Positions 13,125-26,805 of a stretch of 64,000 nucleotides of DNA are shown piece by piece. Below the pieces are notes generated by a model. That model ran no database searches and was not told where the DNA came from. It saw only the letters and a list, made by a program, of their open reading frames with translations. Source of the DNA: Felis catus (taxonomy: Eukaryota); contig NC_058368.1 in the NCBI RefSeq assembly GCF_018350175.1, positions 116,686,001 through 116,750,000 of the forward strand. The letters run 5' to 3'. Numbering within the stretch: position 1 is the first letter of the stretch; every line of letters starts with the position of its first letter. The position numbers and the translations under genes are program-made.

Positions 13125-14340
13125 AAGGTAAGTGTACTCTTAATCCCCTTTACCTATTTCACCCTTCTTCCCACCCACCTCCCCTCTGGTAACCATCTTC
13201 TCTTAATAGTTAAGAGTCTGTTTTTTGGTTTGTTTGTCTCATTTTCCCCCTTTATTCATTTGTTTTGTTTCTTAAATTCCACATATGAATGAAATCATAT
13301 GGTATTTGTATTTCTCTGACTGATTTATTTTACTTAGCATTATACTCTCTAGATCTATCCATATATTTGCAAATGGCAGGATTTCATTCTTTTTATGGCT
13401 AAATAATATTCCATTGTATATATATATATATATACCATCTCTTCTTTAGCCACTCATCTATCAATGGAAATGGGCTGCTTCCATAATTTGGCTGTTGTAA
13501 ATAATGCTGCAGTAAACAGGGGTGCATATATCCCTTCAACTTTGTGTTTTCATATTCTTTGGGTAGATACTCAGTAGCGTAATAAATGGACCATATGATA
13601 ATTCTATTTTTAAATTTTTGATGAACTTCCATATTGTCTTCGATAGTGTCCACACCAGTTTGCATCCCTCCCAAAAGTGCATGAGGGTTCCATTTTCTCC
13701 ATATCATCACCAATACTTGTTGCCTTTTTTTTTTTTAATTTTAGCCATTCTGATAGGTGTGAGGTGATACCTCATTATGGTTTTGACTAGCGTTTCCCTG
13801 CTGTTGAGTGAATGTTGGACATCTTTTCGTGTGTCTTTTGGCCATCTGTATGTTTTCTTTGGAGAAATGTCTATTCACATTTTATGCCCATTTTTAATTG
13901 GATTATTTGGTTTTTGGGTGTTGAGTTGTATAAGTTCTTTATACATTTTGGATACTAACCCTTCAGATATGTCATCTGGAAATATCTTCTCCCATTCAGT
14001 TGGTTGTCTTTTAGTTTTGTTGCCTGTTTCCTTTGCTGTGCAAAAGTTTTTTATTTTAATGAGGTCCGAATAGTTTACTTTTGCTTTTATTTACCTTGCC
14101 TCAGGTGACACATCTAGAAAGATGTTATGGCCAATGTCAGAGAAATTACTGCAAGTGCTCATTTCTATGATTTTTATGATTTCAGCTCTCACATTTAGGT
14201 CCTTAATCCATTTTGAGTTTATTTTTGTATATGGTGTAAGAAAGTGGCCCATTTTCATTCTTTTGCATGAGCTGTCTGTTTTTCCAACGTCATTTGTTGA
14301 AGAGACTGTATTTTTTTCCATTGCATATTCTTGCTTCCAA
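13125..14340 (-). mobile_element. Second LINE-1 3' fragment directly abutting the first
   Basis: L1 3' UTR sequence restarts (aagtgtactcttaatcccc...ctctggtaaccatc), followed by ORF2 C-terminal remnants (HFLTPYTKINSKWIKDLNVR). Confidence 0.85.
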
Positions 14341-15901
14341 GTGTTGTGAGTTTCAGAATTTTAGTGAACATTTATATTTCATGCTTATTTAAAAGAAAGG
14401 TATGTGTAAGTCAAAGAAAGGAGGGTCACCAGGATGATGTGAGCTTTGGAAGTTGTATTATCTGAGTAACTGATTATGTTACCCATGACTGTAACTTTTT
14501 TGTAATGTAGTTTGATTTTTTTAACTCTAAATTAGACTCTGATTTGTATGGTCACATAAATTCACCCCTCTAGCTCACAACTAGTTGGACTAATATGTAA
14601 TGTCCACAGCAGACTTTCAAGAACCATTTATAGTACTTAACTTTAAAGAAATGAGGGCGCTTTAAAAATGTGAACCAGTAGGCTTAGCTAAATTATATTC
14701 ATAGTTGCTGTTTATAGAATTGTTATTAGTATACCTTTTGAGTTTATAGTCAACATATCATCCTGAAATATTCTTTAACTTATAACTAGCTCCCCTATTC
14801 TCCATTTTAAAAGGAAATCTAAGTTAAGACTACGATTTCCAACCAACCAGTCTTAAACATTTTTTATAAACCTATGCCACTGTAAGTTATATGACTAAAT
14901 GCTATTAAAGACAATTAATTATGAGAAATGTGGTTTTAAAATTTGTACCTGCTCTTATTTAGTGTTACTACATAAATGGTATGCCTCTGTGGTTTTATTG
15001 TCCATTTTTGTGCTAATTAAAACCATGCAGATTGGAAAAATCTCAGGCAGATCAAAATTGGAAAGCAATACAGGTGTAATAATTATTCTACTTGCAATTG
15101 GGAACATGGGAATTAAAATACTCATGAGAATTTGCTCTGTTAAGTAAAACTGAAAATGATAAAACACCCCAAGCTTGATTGAAGGATTGCTCTAAGTATG
15201 ACAGATGAATACTAACATTATGTGATGAAATAAATTTATGTTATGAAATAATCTCAATTAAATTGGAGACTGTAAAAACAGGTGGACATTCATAAAATCT
15301 GGGACTTAGAAAGAATGGAAAGAATAAAGAGATAAGAACCATGAACTTTTGGAATGGAGTATATAAATTCTGATGAAAAGAAAAATTCAAGATACTTTCT
15401 CCATGCAAAATTCACTTAATACAAATGATTTCTCTTCAAAGACCCCACTAGCCCTCTATTATTGTGTTTTCTCAAGAAAAGTATATGAATTAGTTGCTTA
15501 TATTCCTTGCTTCCTACAAACAAATACCTCTTTTAAGTTTTTCTTCCATTCGTAAATACTTGAGATCTTGGGTCCCTAGAGATACCAAGAATTTTCTTAA
15601 CAGAAATCTAAGAAATGAAGTTGTCTGAACTTTATATAAACAAAAGATTTTAAAATTTACTGCTCCTGACATGATTCATTTTATTTTTATTTTAAAACTG
15701 GGAAAACGTATTTTCAAGGCATAAGGAGACCACGGTTATGGTCACACTAAATATTCAGAAGTTAAGTCTCTTAATGCTTTCAGCAAACATGAGAAGTGTT
15801 GTTCTACGCTTTAAGAAAACTGAAGGAAAAAAATCAGAGGTTAAAATAAAATTTAACATTTATTAATAAAATTGATAATTATAGTTCGTACTTACTATTT
15901 G

Positions 15902-15921
15902 ACCACATGATGTCGCTCTTT
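15902..15921 (+). promoter_or_regulatory. CSE / pCBS of exon 3
   Basis: aCCACATGATGTCGCTCttt, CGCT at 15914, preceded by a gtacttac upstream module. Confidence 0.85.
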
Positions 15922-16115
15922 ACCGCGAAATTCTCTCATTCAAGCCAAAACGAAGTCCTCCGTTTTCATATTAGAAAGATTCTCCACTGTATTTTTCTAT
16001 GCGGATGTTGAACAATGGAGAGCACATCAGGATAGTAACGAAGAGATAAGATTCCTCCAAATTTTGAGATAAGTTACGCCGATTTGAATAATTTTAAAAT
16101 CCCAATTAATTTGAA

Positions 16116-18512
16116 ATGGTGTACTCGAATCGAGGCGACCGGGGGCACCAGCATCTACTGCTGTTTTTTATAATCCTCACAGCCTGGGAAAGCGGGAGCG
16201 GCCAGGTCCACTACTCAGTCCCGGAGGAGGCCAAACACGGCACCTTCGTGGGCCGCATCGCCCAGGACTTGGGGCTGGAGCTGGCGGAGCTGGTGCCGCG
16301 CCTTTTCCGAGTGGCTTCCAAAGGACACGGGGACCTTCTGGAGGTAAACCTGCAGAATGGCATTTTGTTTGTGAATTCTCGGATCGACCGGGAGGAGCTG
16401 TGTGGGCGGAGCGCGGAATGCAGCATCCACCTGGAGGTGATCGTGGACAGGCCTCTGCAGGTTTTCCATGTGGAAGTGGAGGTGAAGGACATTAACGACA
16501 ACCCGCCCGTATTCCCAGAGACAAAAAAGAATCTGTTTATAGCCGAATCCAGGATGCTTGACTCTAGGTTTCCACTAGAGGACGCTTCCGATGCAGATAT
16601 CGAGGAGAACGCTCTGTTGACTTACAGACTGAGCCCCAACGAGTTTTTCTCTCTGGACGTACCAACCAATGGCGAACAGGAAAAACCTCTTGGTCTTGTA
16701 TTACGGAAATCTTTAGACAGGGAAGAATCTCCAGAACTTCATTTATTGCTCACAGCCACTGATAGAGGCAAACCTGAGCTGACTGGCACTGTTCAGTTAC
16801 TCATCAAAGTTCTGGATGCCAATGACAACGCACCAGTTTTCGACAGAACACTCTATGCGGTGAAATTACCAGAAAATGTTCCCAATGGAACATTAGTAAT
16901 TAAACTTAATGCCTCAGATTTGGATGACGGCATGAATGGGGATATTATTTACTCATTCTCTAGTGACGTTTCCCCAGATATAAAATCTAAATTCTACATG
17001 GATGCCATAAATGGAGAAATTATAGCAATAGGACATATCGATTTTGAAGAATGTAAAACCTACAAAATTCGAGTAGAAGCGATCGATAAAGGCTATCTAC
17101 CACTAGCTGGTCACTGTACAGTTCTTGTGCAAGTTTTGGACGCTAATGATAATGCTCCAGAGTTGACTGTTACTTCCCTGTCTCTCCCTATCTCAGAGAA
17201 TGCTCAGCGGGGCACAGTCATCACCTTGATCAGTGTGTCTGACCGAGATTCTGGAGCTAATGGCCAGGTGACCTGCACACTGTCGCCCCATGTCCCCTTC
17301 AAGCTGGTGTCCACCTTCAAGAATTACTATTCGCTGGTGCTGGACAGCGCGCTGGACCGCGAGAGCGTGTCGGACTATGCTCTAGTAGTGACAGCACGGG
17401 ACGGGGGCTCGCCTTCGCTGTCGGCCACGGCCAGCGTGTCCGTGGAAGTGGCCGACGTGAACGACAACGCGCCGGCATTCGCGCAGGCCGAGTACACGGT
17501 GTTCGTGAAGGAGAACAACCCTCCCGGCTGCCACATCTTCACGGTGTCCGCGCGGGACGCGGACGCGCAGGAGAACGCGCTGGTGTCCTACTCGCTGGTG
17601 GAGCGGCGGGTGGGCGAGCGTGCGCTGTCGAGCTACGTGTCGGTGCACGCGGAGAGCGGCAAGGTGTACGCGCTGCAGCCGCTGGACCACGAGGAGCTGG
17701 AGCTGCTGCAGTTCCAAGTGAGCGCGCGCGACGCGGGCGTGCCCCCGCTGGGCAGCAACGTGACGCTGCAGGTGTTCGTGCTGGACGAGAACGACAACGC
17801 GCCCGCGCTGCTGCCGCTGCCTGGGGCGGGCGGCGCGGGCGGCGCCGTGAGCGAGCTGGTGTGGCGGTCGGTGGGCGCGGGCCACGTGGTGGCGAAGGTG
17901 CGCGCGGTGGACGCGGACTCGGGCTACAACGCGTGGCTGTCGTACGAGCTGCAGCCGGCGGCGGGTGGCGCGCGCAGCCCGTTCCGCGTGGCGCTGTACA
18001 CGGGCGAGATCAGCACGACGCGCAGCCTGGATGAGGCGGACTCGCCGCGCCAGCGCCTGCTGGTGCTGGTGAGGGACCACGGCGAGCCGGCGCTGACGGC
18101 CACGGCCACCGTGCTGCTGTCGCTGGTGGAGAGCGGCCAGGCGCCCAAGGCCTCGTCGCGGGTGTTGGCGGGCGCCGCTGGCGCGGAGACGGCGCTGGTG
18201 GATGTCAACGTGTACCTGATCATCGCCATCTGCGCGGTGTCCAGCCTGCTGGTGCTCACGCTGCTGCTGTACGTGGCGCTGCGGTGCTCGGCGCCGCCCA
18301 GTGAGGGCGCGTGCGGGCCGGGGAAGCCCACGCTGGTGTGTTCCAGCGCGGTGGGGAGCTGGTCGTACTCGCAGCAGAGGCGGCAGAGGGTGTGCTCTGG
18401 GGAGGGTCCGCCCAAGACCGACCTCATGGCTTTCAGCCCCAGCCTTCCCCCGTGTCCTGGATCTCTGAATCCAACGGAAGATCCACAAGCTTCTTTGGAG
18501 TCTTCTGGAAAG
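16116..18512 (+). CDS. PCDHA7: Protocadherin alpha variable exon, PCDHA7-like (tail resembles A9)
   Basis: Intact frame. In-phase donor AAG|GTCGGT after 18512 (799 codons). [21 protein letters not shown] and GTVITLISV resemble human A7/A9. Confidence 0.8.
16572..16585 (+). promoter_or_regulatory. eCBS, exon 3 (variant core)
   Basis: CCACTAGAGGACGC, with G>A at 16582 relative to the other paralogues. Confidence 0.6.
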
Positions 18513-19622
18513 GTCGGTTGTTCAAATGTTTTATTTATTTATAGATTTGTATTTGAAGCCTGAAAAATATTCTCGTTACCTCAGACGGTACTTAGTTTTA
18601 CCCAGTTATTATAGAGATCTGTCAATATTTTCTTGTTTTTCAGAAGTACTTTTATACCTGACTTTTGAGTTTCAATTTCTAATTGAGAATCATTAAAAAC
18701 CATACATTGAGTAGGTATTTATTGGGTGCTGAATCAGTTTTATTTAAAATCTGTTATGGGGTCGTATTGAATTTCTATAGCCAGACTACCTCTCTGCCTG
18801 AGAAGTATCAGTTGAAAAACAATTTAATTGCTACACATTAAGTATACTTCAGCATTACTCTGTCATTTATTCATTTCTAAAGTATGCATGATATTTTAGT
18901 ATAATTCTGTTGTTTATAAGAAACCCATAAGCAGAAATATGTAGTAGCTTTTACCTTGTTAACTTTGTAGTTTTTTACTTTCCTCTGGATGGAGACTGGA
19001 AACATGGTTGGTCAGCACTACTCAGTGTTCACGTCAATGAGTAAATTTCAGTGTACCCTAGAAATCAGTTACTTTGCTTTAGGAATCAAACACCAAATGT
19101 TAGAAATGTAACACTCCTTCCAACTTGTGTAAAATATGTTTCTTTATGCTTGACATTGATATTTTATCTGATATTGGAGAAAATACTTCCTGACATGTAC
19201 TTTGTTTCTTCAAATGACTTTCTCCTTTTTACTAAAAATTTTGTTAGTATATAATGTTTGAGCATTAGAGATATATCTAAATTCTACACTCTGAATTCTC
19301 TTGAAATTCATAGTCTGTCACTTAAAAAGTTACTCCATCAGTGGAGAGGATGATTTACTTTTCCCCTCAATATTCTGAAAGACAGAAATCTGGAGATGAG
19401 ATTGTACACCTTTAAACTTATTACATGTTAAACTTATATTTCCTGAAATCGGTGGTTCTTCACACTGGGTCTTTAGTCCAAGCTTTTATTTTCTAATTTA
19501 TATTTTAGAAACTTCCTTTATATTTATGTAGCATTTTTGTTATGTGACTTATTTTTATATTCTGGTGTTTTTATTGTGTTGGATATTTTACAAGGTACTC
19601 CTTAATTAAAAACTCAGCAGAG

Positions 19623-19750
19623 TGGGGAACCTGGGTGGCTCAGTTGTTAAGCGTCCAGCTCTTGGTTTTCGCTCAGGTTATGATCTCATGGTTTGTGAGT
19701 TTGAGCCCCTCCCCAAGCTCTGCACTGACACCATGGAGCCTGCTTGGGAT

Positions 19751-19790
<40 letters not shown>

Positions 19791-19855
19791 CTTCCCCTGC
19801 TCATGCATGCTTTCTCTTCTCTCTCAAAATAAATAAATGAACTTAAAAAAAAAAA
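19623..19855 (+). mobile_element. CanSINE
   Basis: ggggaacctgggtggctcagtt head, long (CT)n, aaataaataaa/A tail. Confidence 0.88.
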
Positions 19856-20779
19856 CCTCAGAGCAAAATCAGAGTACCTTTGAAAATAGAGCCACAATAT
19901 AACAATGAAAGTGCAAGTGAAATTAAATAATATATTTCAGCATTTTTTTCTTTTCCCTTATAGAGAACATGTTTGTTATATGTTACAAAGTGATCTGTTT
20001 TCTTTTCATCATGTTTATTTCCAAACTTGAGTATTCTCTGAGCTCCTGTAATCAATCTTGTCTACGTCTGTCAGCATAACTTGCCTTAGATCTAGACTTA
20101 TACCTTCAAATATCTCTGTCCTTGCACTTTTTTTCAGGTTCCATATGTCACTTGAATTGGGCTCAGGTATTTGATTATATGTTATATGGATTATATGGAT
20201 CAAGGAGTGCTAGAAATCTAACTCCCCGCTCCTTTAGTCTCTTAGAGCTAGTATTATTTATTATTTACTATGTTTTCTATAATTATAAATTTTCTTCTTT
20301 ATTATTGATAGCTGTATTGATATAATTGGTAATTTCATCCTTTATATTAATATTTATTTTCTCTTTAATATGGGCTATCATCATGTGCAAATTTTCAGAA
20401 GATCAGTGAACATCTAGCAATGTATTTATCTTTTGGATCATCAGGAAGCATGCACACACTGGGATCCAGGGAGGTTAGGATTTGAAACAGCTGAGAAGTT
20501 CAAAATGGAGAAGTGAGAGCATGGAAGACATTTTCGTTTTTTGCCTAGTAACTAGCCCTCTGTGTTTCTGTGGGTAACACTCCTCAATTCAAGCAGCAAC
20601 CATTAAATCAATAATGAAACTTCCTATGTCAGCCCCTAAATTGTAGTTTTTATATAGGGTTAACTATCTAAGTTCTGACTTAATCTTAGACACTTTTGAG
20701 AGTGAAGGGACACTATAAGTAAGTATACAAGACTACAGACATAAACAGAGTATATCCCAGGTAACTTGGGGTCTATGGC

Positions 20780-20960
20780 CAGCCTATCCTATCCTAGACC
20801 TGATAATGCTAACTGCATTAGCAACATCTGGAGTCCTTATTGAACATTCTGGTTCCCAGACTCTACTCCACAATTTCTGAAATAAGTAGGACTGGCAAAC
20901 TTGCTTTTCAATAAGCATTCCAGGTGTTTCTTATTCAGCTGAAGTTTTAGATCTAATAGG
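20780..20960. mobile_element. Possible ancient MER5-like DNA transposon remnant
   Basis: Degenerate resemblance only (atctggag...ttcccagac...tttcaataagcattccaggtgtttcttattcagctgaagtttt). Confidence 0.35.
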
Positions 20961-22039
20961 CTTATGAGACACTTAGCAAAGCAAGTTCCTATTAATTGAG
21001 AGTATATAATTTAACTACCCCTGCTTTGTATTCATTATTGCAGATTTAGCTGGCACATTTATGCTATTACTTGCTATAAAATGCACATTAACAGGAATGG
21101 AGTATAGTTTATATTATTACCTTGTGTTGCGATGATTATTCGCTAATAAACTTATTTTTAGATTCCAGAAAGTAGCTCAAACTAAACATTGATTGGTATC
21201 GTAGATAGATACATAAGTTGTTACACTTTAATTTGTGCTTTACAAGAAAAATAGCCACTAAAACCAGGATTTGAATGGATTTTCACCTAGGGTCAATCTG
21301 AAGAAGTTGAAGATTATAAAAACAATTTAATGGCACACATGAATCCATGAATTAAATGACTCTCATTCCTGTCACTTTTTTTGTTCATAAGTGTTAGTCT
21401 GTTTTTCAGCTCTTAATAGCAACTGAAAGAGTTCAAAATTATTGATCTCTGTTATAACTTACAATATCATTAAAGTAAAGAAAATAACCTTTGGATAAGA
21501 CCAAAGGTCCTATTATTAAGTTTTTCCTTTTTGGGGAAAAAAAGAACTTTTTCTCTTTTTTCAGTAGTGCAGATATATTAATAGAGAATTTCATTTGCTA
21601 AATACTTGATTCTAAAAACTTTAAGAGAGAAAATATTTTACTCCAGGTGATAATGGATATTTTATTGACACTGATAAAACTATTAGATAATTCCCAAACT
21701 GTATATTTGGGGTACTCAAAAAGCTTAAATGTAACAAAGATGAAAGTGCTTATCTTTAGAATCATAATTAAAGTTCTTTTTTCCCATGTAAGATACATAT
21801 AAAAAATGTAACTTCTCCCTGTATAACTGATTTCTCAAAAAAAGTACTTTTCTGCTTTCCTAAGATGGGAATCACCCACCACTCAGCCTGTGTAGTAGCA
21901 ATCGTAAAGGTATTGCAGAATGATAATATTATATAGGTAATAATTTTTACCAAAAAGCTGATTTTGGTCTCGACCATTATGAAAATAAATGTGGCTAAAT
22001 TGAGGGCTGAAAATATTGCCATTTATGAGCCACTCACTT

Positions 22040-22084
22040 TCCTTAAGGTAATATCCTAGGTCTCCTTAAGGTAATATCCTAGGT
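22040..22084. repeat. 23-bp tandem duplication
   Basis: tccttaaggtaatatcctaggt occurs twice with period 23. Confidence 0.9.
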
Positions 22085-22661
22085 ATCTAATGTATCATAA
22101 TTCACACAACGCCCATATTATTATTGTATGAATGTTTTGAAACTGGAAACAGAGACAGAGAGAGTCACACAACCAGTAAGTTTAAGAATAGGAATCAGAA
22201 TGGAGTCATTTCCAATATTGAGCCGGTGTTCTTTTCTCAACTTTCTAGTGATTACTGAAATTTAAGAGTTTCAAACACCTCACAGAGAAGTGATACTTGA
22301 GATTAGCATCTGGTAAGGTTTATTTAATCGCAAAAATAATGAGAAAGAGAAATGAATTAAGTATCAAACTTGAAGACATATAAGTTTGTTATCCAGCAAA
22401 ATACTAATACACTAGTATTATAAAATATTAAGAGCATTTTCAAATGTAGCTAATGAGAGTCATGGGGAAGAAATTACTTCCCGAGATTCTGAATTTAAGA
22501 AAACGCTGAACTGAAGGTCGACAATGATTATTATTATGTACAAAAGAAACCTCATGTGAAGTTTTGAAGATCCATAGAGCTACAAATATGTACAAATAGA
22601 ATCAAACGCTGTGAATGAAAGACAAGTTGTTAAAACTCACGGAATTGTACTTACACATTCA

Positions 22662-22681
22662 GCCACCGGATGTCGCTGTCT
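22662..22681 (+). promoter_or_regulatory. CSE / pCBS of exon 4
   Basis: gCCACCGGATGTCGCTGtct, CGCT at 22674, upstream module tgtacttaca. Confidence 0.85.
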
Positions 22682-22858
22682 TCCACAAAATTTTTTTTGG
22701 AACAAAGGCATAATCCTGTTTCTCGAGGACTAGAAAGGAACTACATTCGCAGATCTCGGCCGTTTCCATAAAAGTGGATGTAAGAAATCGAATAGGAAAA
22801 TTCAGACAGCAGTTGTTCTAGACCGCTGATTCATCAGTTTGTAAATCGGCAGAAAGGT

Positions 22859-25258
22859 ATGATGTTGGTCTACAGACCCAGGGGGCCAAGAGACGGGCGC
22901 CTGCTTCTCTTGCTTCTGCTCGTCGCAGCCTGGAAGGCGGGGAGCGGTCAGGTCCACTACTCGGTCCCGGAGGAAGCCAAACACGGCACCTTCGTGGGCC
23001 GCATCGCGCAGGACCTGGGGCTGGAGCTGGCGGAGCTGGTGCCGCGGTTTTTCCGAGTGGAGTCCAAAGGTCGCGGGGATCTTCTGGAGGTAAATCTGCA
23101 GAATGGTATTTTGTTTGTGAATGCTCGGATCGACCGGGAGGAGTTGTGCGGGCGGAACGCAGAGTGTAGCATCCACCTGGAGGTGATCGTGGACAGGCCG
23201 CTGCAGGTTTTCCATGTGGAGGTGGAGGTGAAGGACATTAACGACAACCCACCAGTCTTCTCCGTCTCAGAACAAAAGCTTTCAATACCCGAATCTCGAC
23301 TGCTTGACTCTCGATTTCCGCTAGAAGGCGCATCTGATGCGGATGTTGGAGAGAATGCAGTGCTTACTTACAGACTCAGTCCAAATGAGTTTTTCATTCT
23401 TGATATTATAAACAAAAAAGACAAAGGCAAATTTCCAGTGCTTGTTCTAGGAAAAATGCTGGATCGTGAAGAAAATCCTCAGCTTCAGTTATTATTAACG
23501 GCAACCGATGGAGGCAAACCCGAATATACTGGATCTGTTACTCTGCTGATCTTGGTGTTGGATGCCAATGATAATGCGCCTATGTGTGACCGATCCGTTT
23601 ATGAAGTTAAAATGTATGAAAATTCAGCGAACCAAACGTTAGTCATATGGCTGAATGCGTCTGATGCGGATGAAGGAATAAACAAAGAAATGATATATTC
23701 ATTTAGTGCTTTGGTTCCATCCAGCGTAAGAAGGAAATTTCTAATGAATGAAATAACGGGAGAAATACGAATAAATGATGCTATTGACTTTGAGGATAGT
23801 AACACTTATGAAATTCACGTAGATGTGACAGATACAGGAACCCCACCTATGGTTGGTCACTGCACTGTCTTAGTGGAAATTCTGGATGAAAATGATAATT
23901 CACCTGAGGTGGTTATCACTTCTTTGGCTCTTCCAGTACAAGAAGATGCTCAGGTAGGCACTGTCATCGCCCTGATCAGCGTGTCCGACCGTGACTCTGG
24001 AGCTAATGGCCAGGTGACCTGCACACTGTCGCCCCATGTCCCCTTCAAGCTGGTGTCCACCTTCAAGAATTACTATTCGCTGGTGCTGGACAGCGCCCTG
24101 GACCGCGAGAGCGTGTCGGACTATGCTCTAGTAGTGACAGCACGGGACGGGGGCTCGCCTTCGCTGTCGGCCACGGCCAGCGTGTCCGTGGAAGTGGCCG
24201 ACGTGAACGACAACGCGCCGGCATTCGCGCAGGCCGAGTACACGGTGTTCGTGAAGGAGAACAACCCTCCCGGCTGCCACATCTTCACGGTGTCCGCGCG
24301 GGACGCGGACGCGCAGGAGAACGCGCTGGTGTCCTACTCGCTGGTGGAGCGGCGGGTGGGCGAGCGTGCGCTGTCGAGCTACGTGTCGGTGCACGCGGAG
24401 AGCGGCAAGGTGTACGCGCTGCAGCCGCTGGACCACGAGGAGCTGGAGCTGCTGCAGTTCCAAGTGAGCGCGCGCGACGCGGGCGTGCCCCCGCTGGGCA
24501 GCAACGTGACGCTGCAGGTGTTCGTGCTGGACGAGAACGACAACGCGCCCGCGCTGCTGCCGCTGCCTGGGGCGGGCGGCGCGGGCGGCGCCGTGAGCGA
24601 GCTGGTGTGGCGGTCGGTGGGCGCGGGCCACGTGGTGGCGAAGGTGCGCGCGGTGGACGCGGACTCGGGCTACAACGCGTGGCTGTCGTACGAGCTGCAG
24701 CCGGCGGCGGGTGGCGCGCGCAGCCCGTTCCGCGTGGCGCTGTACACGGGCGAGATCAGCACGACGCGCAGCCTGGACGAGGCGGACTCGCCGCGCCAGC
24801 GCCTGCTGGTGCTGGTGAGGGACCACGGCGAGCCGGCGCTGACGGCCACGGCCACCGTGCTGCTGTCGCTGGTGGAGAGCGGCCAGGCGCCCAAGGCCTC
24901 GTCGCGGGTGTTGGCGGGCGCCGCTGGCGCGGAGACGGCGCTGGTGGATGTCAACGTGTACCTGATCATCGCCATCTGCGCGGTGTCCAGCCTGCTGGTG
25001 CTCACGCTGCTGCTGTACGTGGCGCTGCGGTGCTCGGCGCCGCCCAGCGAGGGCGCGTGCGGGCCGGGGAAGCCCACGCTGGTGTGTTCCAGCGCGGTGG
25101 GGAGCTGGTCGTATTCGCAGCAGAGGCGGCAGAGGGTGTGCTCTGGGGAGGGTCCGCCCAAGACCGACCTCATGGCTTTTAGTCCCAGCCTTACCCCGTG
25201 TCCAGTACCAGATGTGCAAAGGGAAGAACAGTCTAGTGGAGAGGACTACTCAAGGAAG
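22859..25258 (+). CDS. PCDHA10: Protocadherin alpha variable exon, PCDHA10-like
   Basis: Intact frame. Donor AAG|GTGAGT after 25258 (800 codons). [32 protein letters not shown] and [17 protein letters not shown] resemble human A10. Confidence 0.9.
23318..23331 (+). promoter_or_regulatory. eCBS, exon 4
   Basis: CCGCTAGAAGGCGC at the homologous position. Confidence 0.7.
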
Positions 25259-25822
25259 GTGAGTTATTACTTTTTATTTCCATATGTTGCCTTATGAATA
25301 ATATTTTATTAACCGCTTTCCGCCATCTTATGTATGTCTCGGATATTTTCATCCTTTATAACATAGCATATTTGTATAATCAAATATTTTAGTAATACCT
25401 AATATAATATTTATTTTAAAGTTCATGTTGCATTTTGTCTATTGTACCTTATGCATTTTTTCTTGATACTTCAATTTTTTAAATTATTCAACCTATTTTT
25501 AAATATTTATATTTCCAATACAAGTATTTGATGTAGTTTGTAGTTTTTTTTCCCTTAAACCACTGTCTTTTTTATGTTACAAGTATTTATGAGATTAGTA
25601 CTTTATTTAATTTGTACTCATTAGTACTTTAATTTTATTTAACTTTCAAATCTAAATTTTGAAATGACCCTATTATCTTAACAAAGACTGCTCTGGTAAA
25701 TTCTCTTGATGGTGAAACAATATAACTTATAATGCATACTATATCCTCAGTAAGCAGTGTTTACATTTTGTTTTTAATGGTAAGATGTGTAGACTTAAAG
25801 TTTGTTCATAAATGTCATAATT

Positions 25823-26020
25823 GGGGCACCTGGGTGGCTCATTCGGTTGAGCATCCTCCTTTGACTCAGGTCATGGTCTTATGGGTTCGAACCCCACATT
25901 GGGCTCCCTCCTATGAGCAGGAAGCCTGCTTAGGATCCTCTGTCCTCTTCTCTCTCTGCCCCCCACCCCCCGCCCACTCGCAGGCTCTCTCGCAAAAATA
26001 AACATTAAACATTAAAAATA
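25823..26020 (+). mobile_element. CanSINE
   Basis: ggggcacctgggtggctca head, CT tract, aaaataaacatt tail. Confidence 0.85.
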
Positions 26021-26596
26021 GTTATTATGTAATAGTTATTGACATAATTTTACGCAGTAGCTTTTTATCATCTACTCCTCTATCAGCATGAAATCTTGCT
26101 TATGATATTCAAGTATTAGCTTTTTCATTCTGAGGAAAGAGTCATGATTATGTTTAATAATGGAGAATATTTGAAAATCACTTTAAGGAGCTCAAAAAAG
26201 TTACTTTAGTCAAAATTAATATGAAAAATTTGAAGAGAAAATTGAATTGTTCTCTTAGAATGTTTCCTACTGATTTCATATCGTATAAGTGCAATTTAGG
26301 TTATAACTACTTTAGTCATCTTAAACAGGGTTGTGTTGGAAGAGGTGGACTGAGAAATGCCAGATAATTAACTCGCAGGATGCCAACACTATCCTATTCA
26401 TTATTACATTCTAAAACATGTTATGTGATCCCTATGATTTAATTTTTGTTTAAGTTCAGTGTTACCAAAATAGCAGTGCAGCTAGTTTACGATCTTGACT
26501 CTGGTTCTTAGCAATACTCTTTCCGTTCTGTATGCAGACTGAATTTTTACTCTGAATGTGCCTCACAAAAAGCTTCCCATAAATCTTGAAATCTCA

Positions 26597-26805
26597 GGGC
26601 ACCTGGGTCACTCAGTTGGTTAAGTATCCCTCTATTGATTTTGGCTTAGGACATGATCTTATAGTTCATGAGTTGGAGCCCACATTGGCTCCTCACCGAC
26701 AGTGCGACAGTGCGGAGCCTACTTGGGATTCTCTCTCTCTGTCTCTGTCTCTCCCCACCCCCCCCCCCAAAAAAAAACTAAAAAAAAAAAAAAAAAACCA
26801 AAAAC
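26597..26805 (+). mobile_element. CanSINE
   Basis: gggcacctgggtcactcagttgg head, C-run and A tail, TSD cttgaaatctc. Confidence 0.85.

Noticed and set aside
9511..14349. L1-derived ORFs as functional retrotransposon genes
   Set aside because: Fragmented by frameshifts and stops, 5'-truncated and interrupted by a SINE.
22040..22084. Tandem 23-mer containing palindromes (CCTTAAGG, CCTAGG) ~600 bp upstream of a CSE as a regulatory element
   Set aside because: Not present at the other promoters; most simply a slippage duplication.
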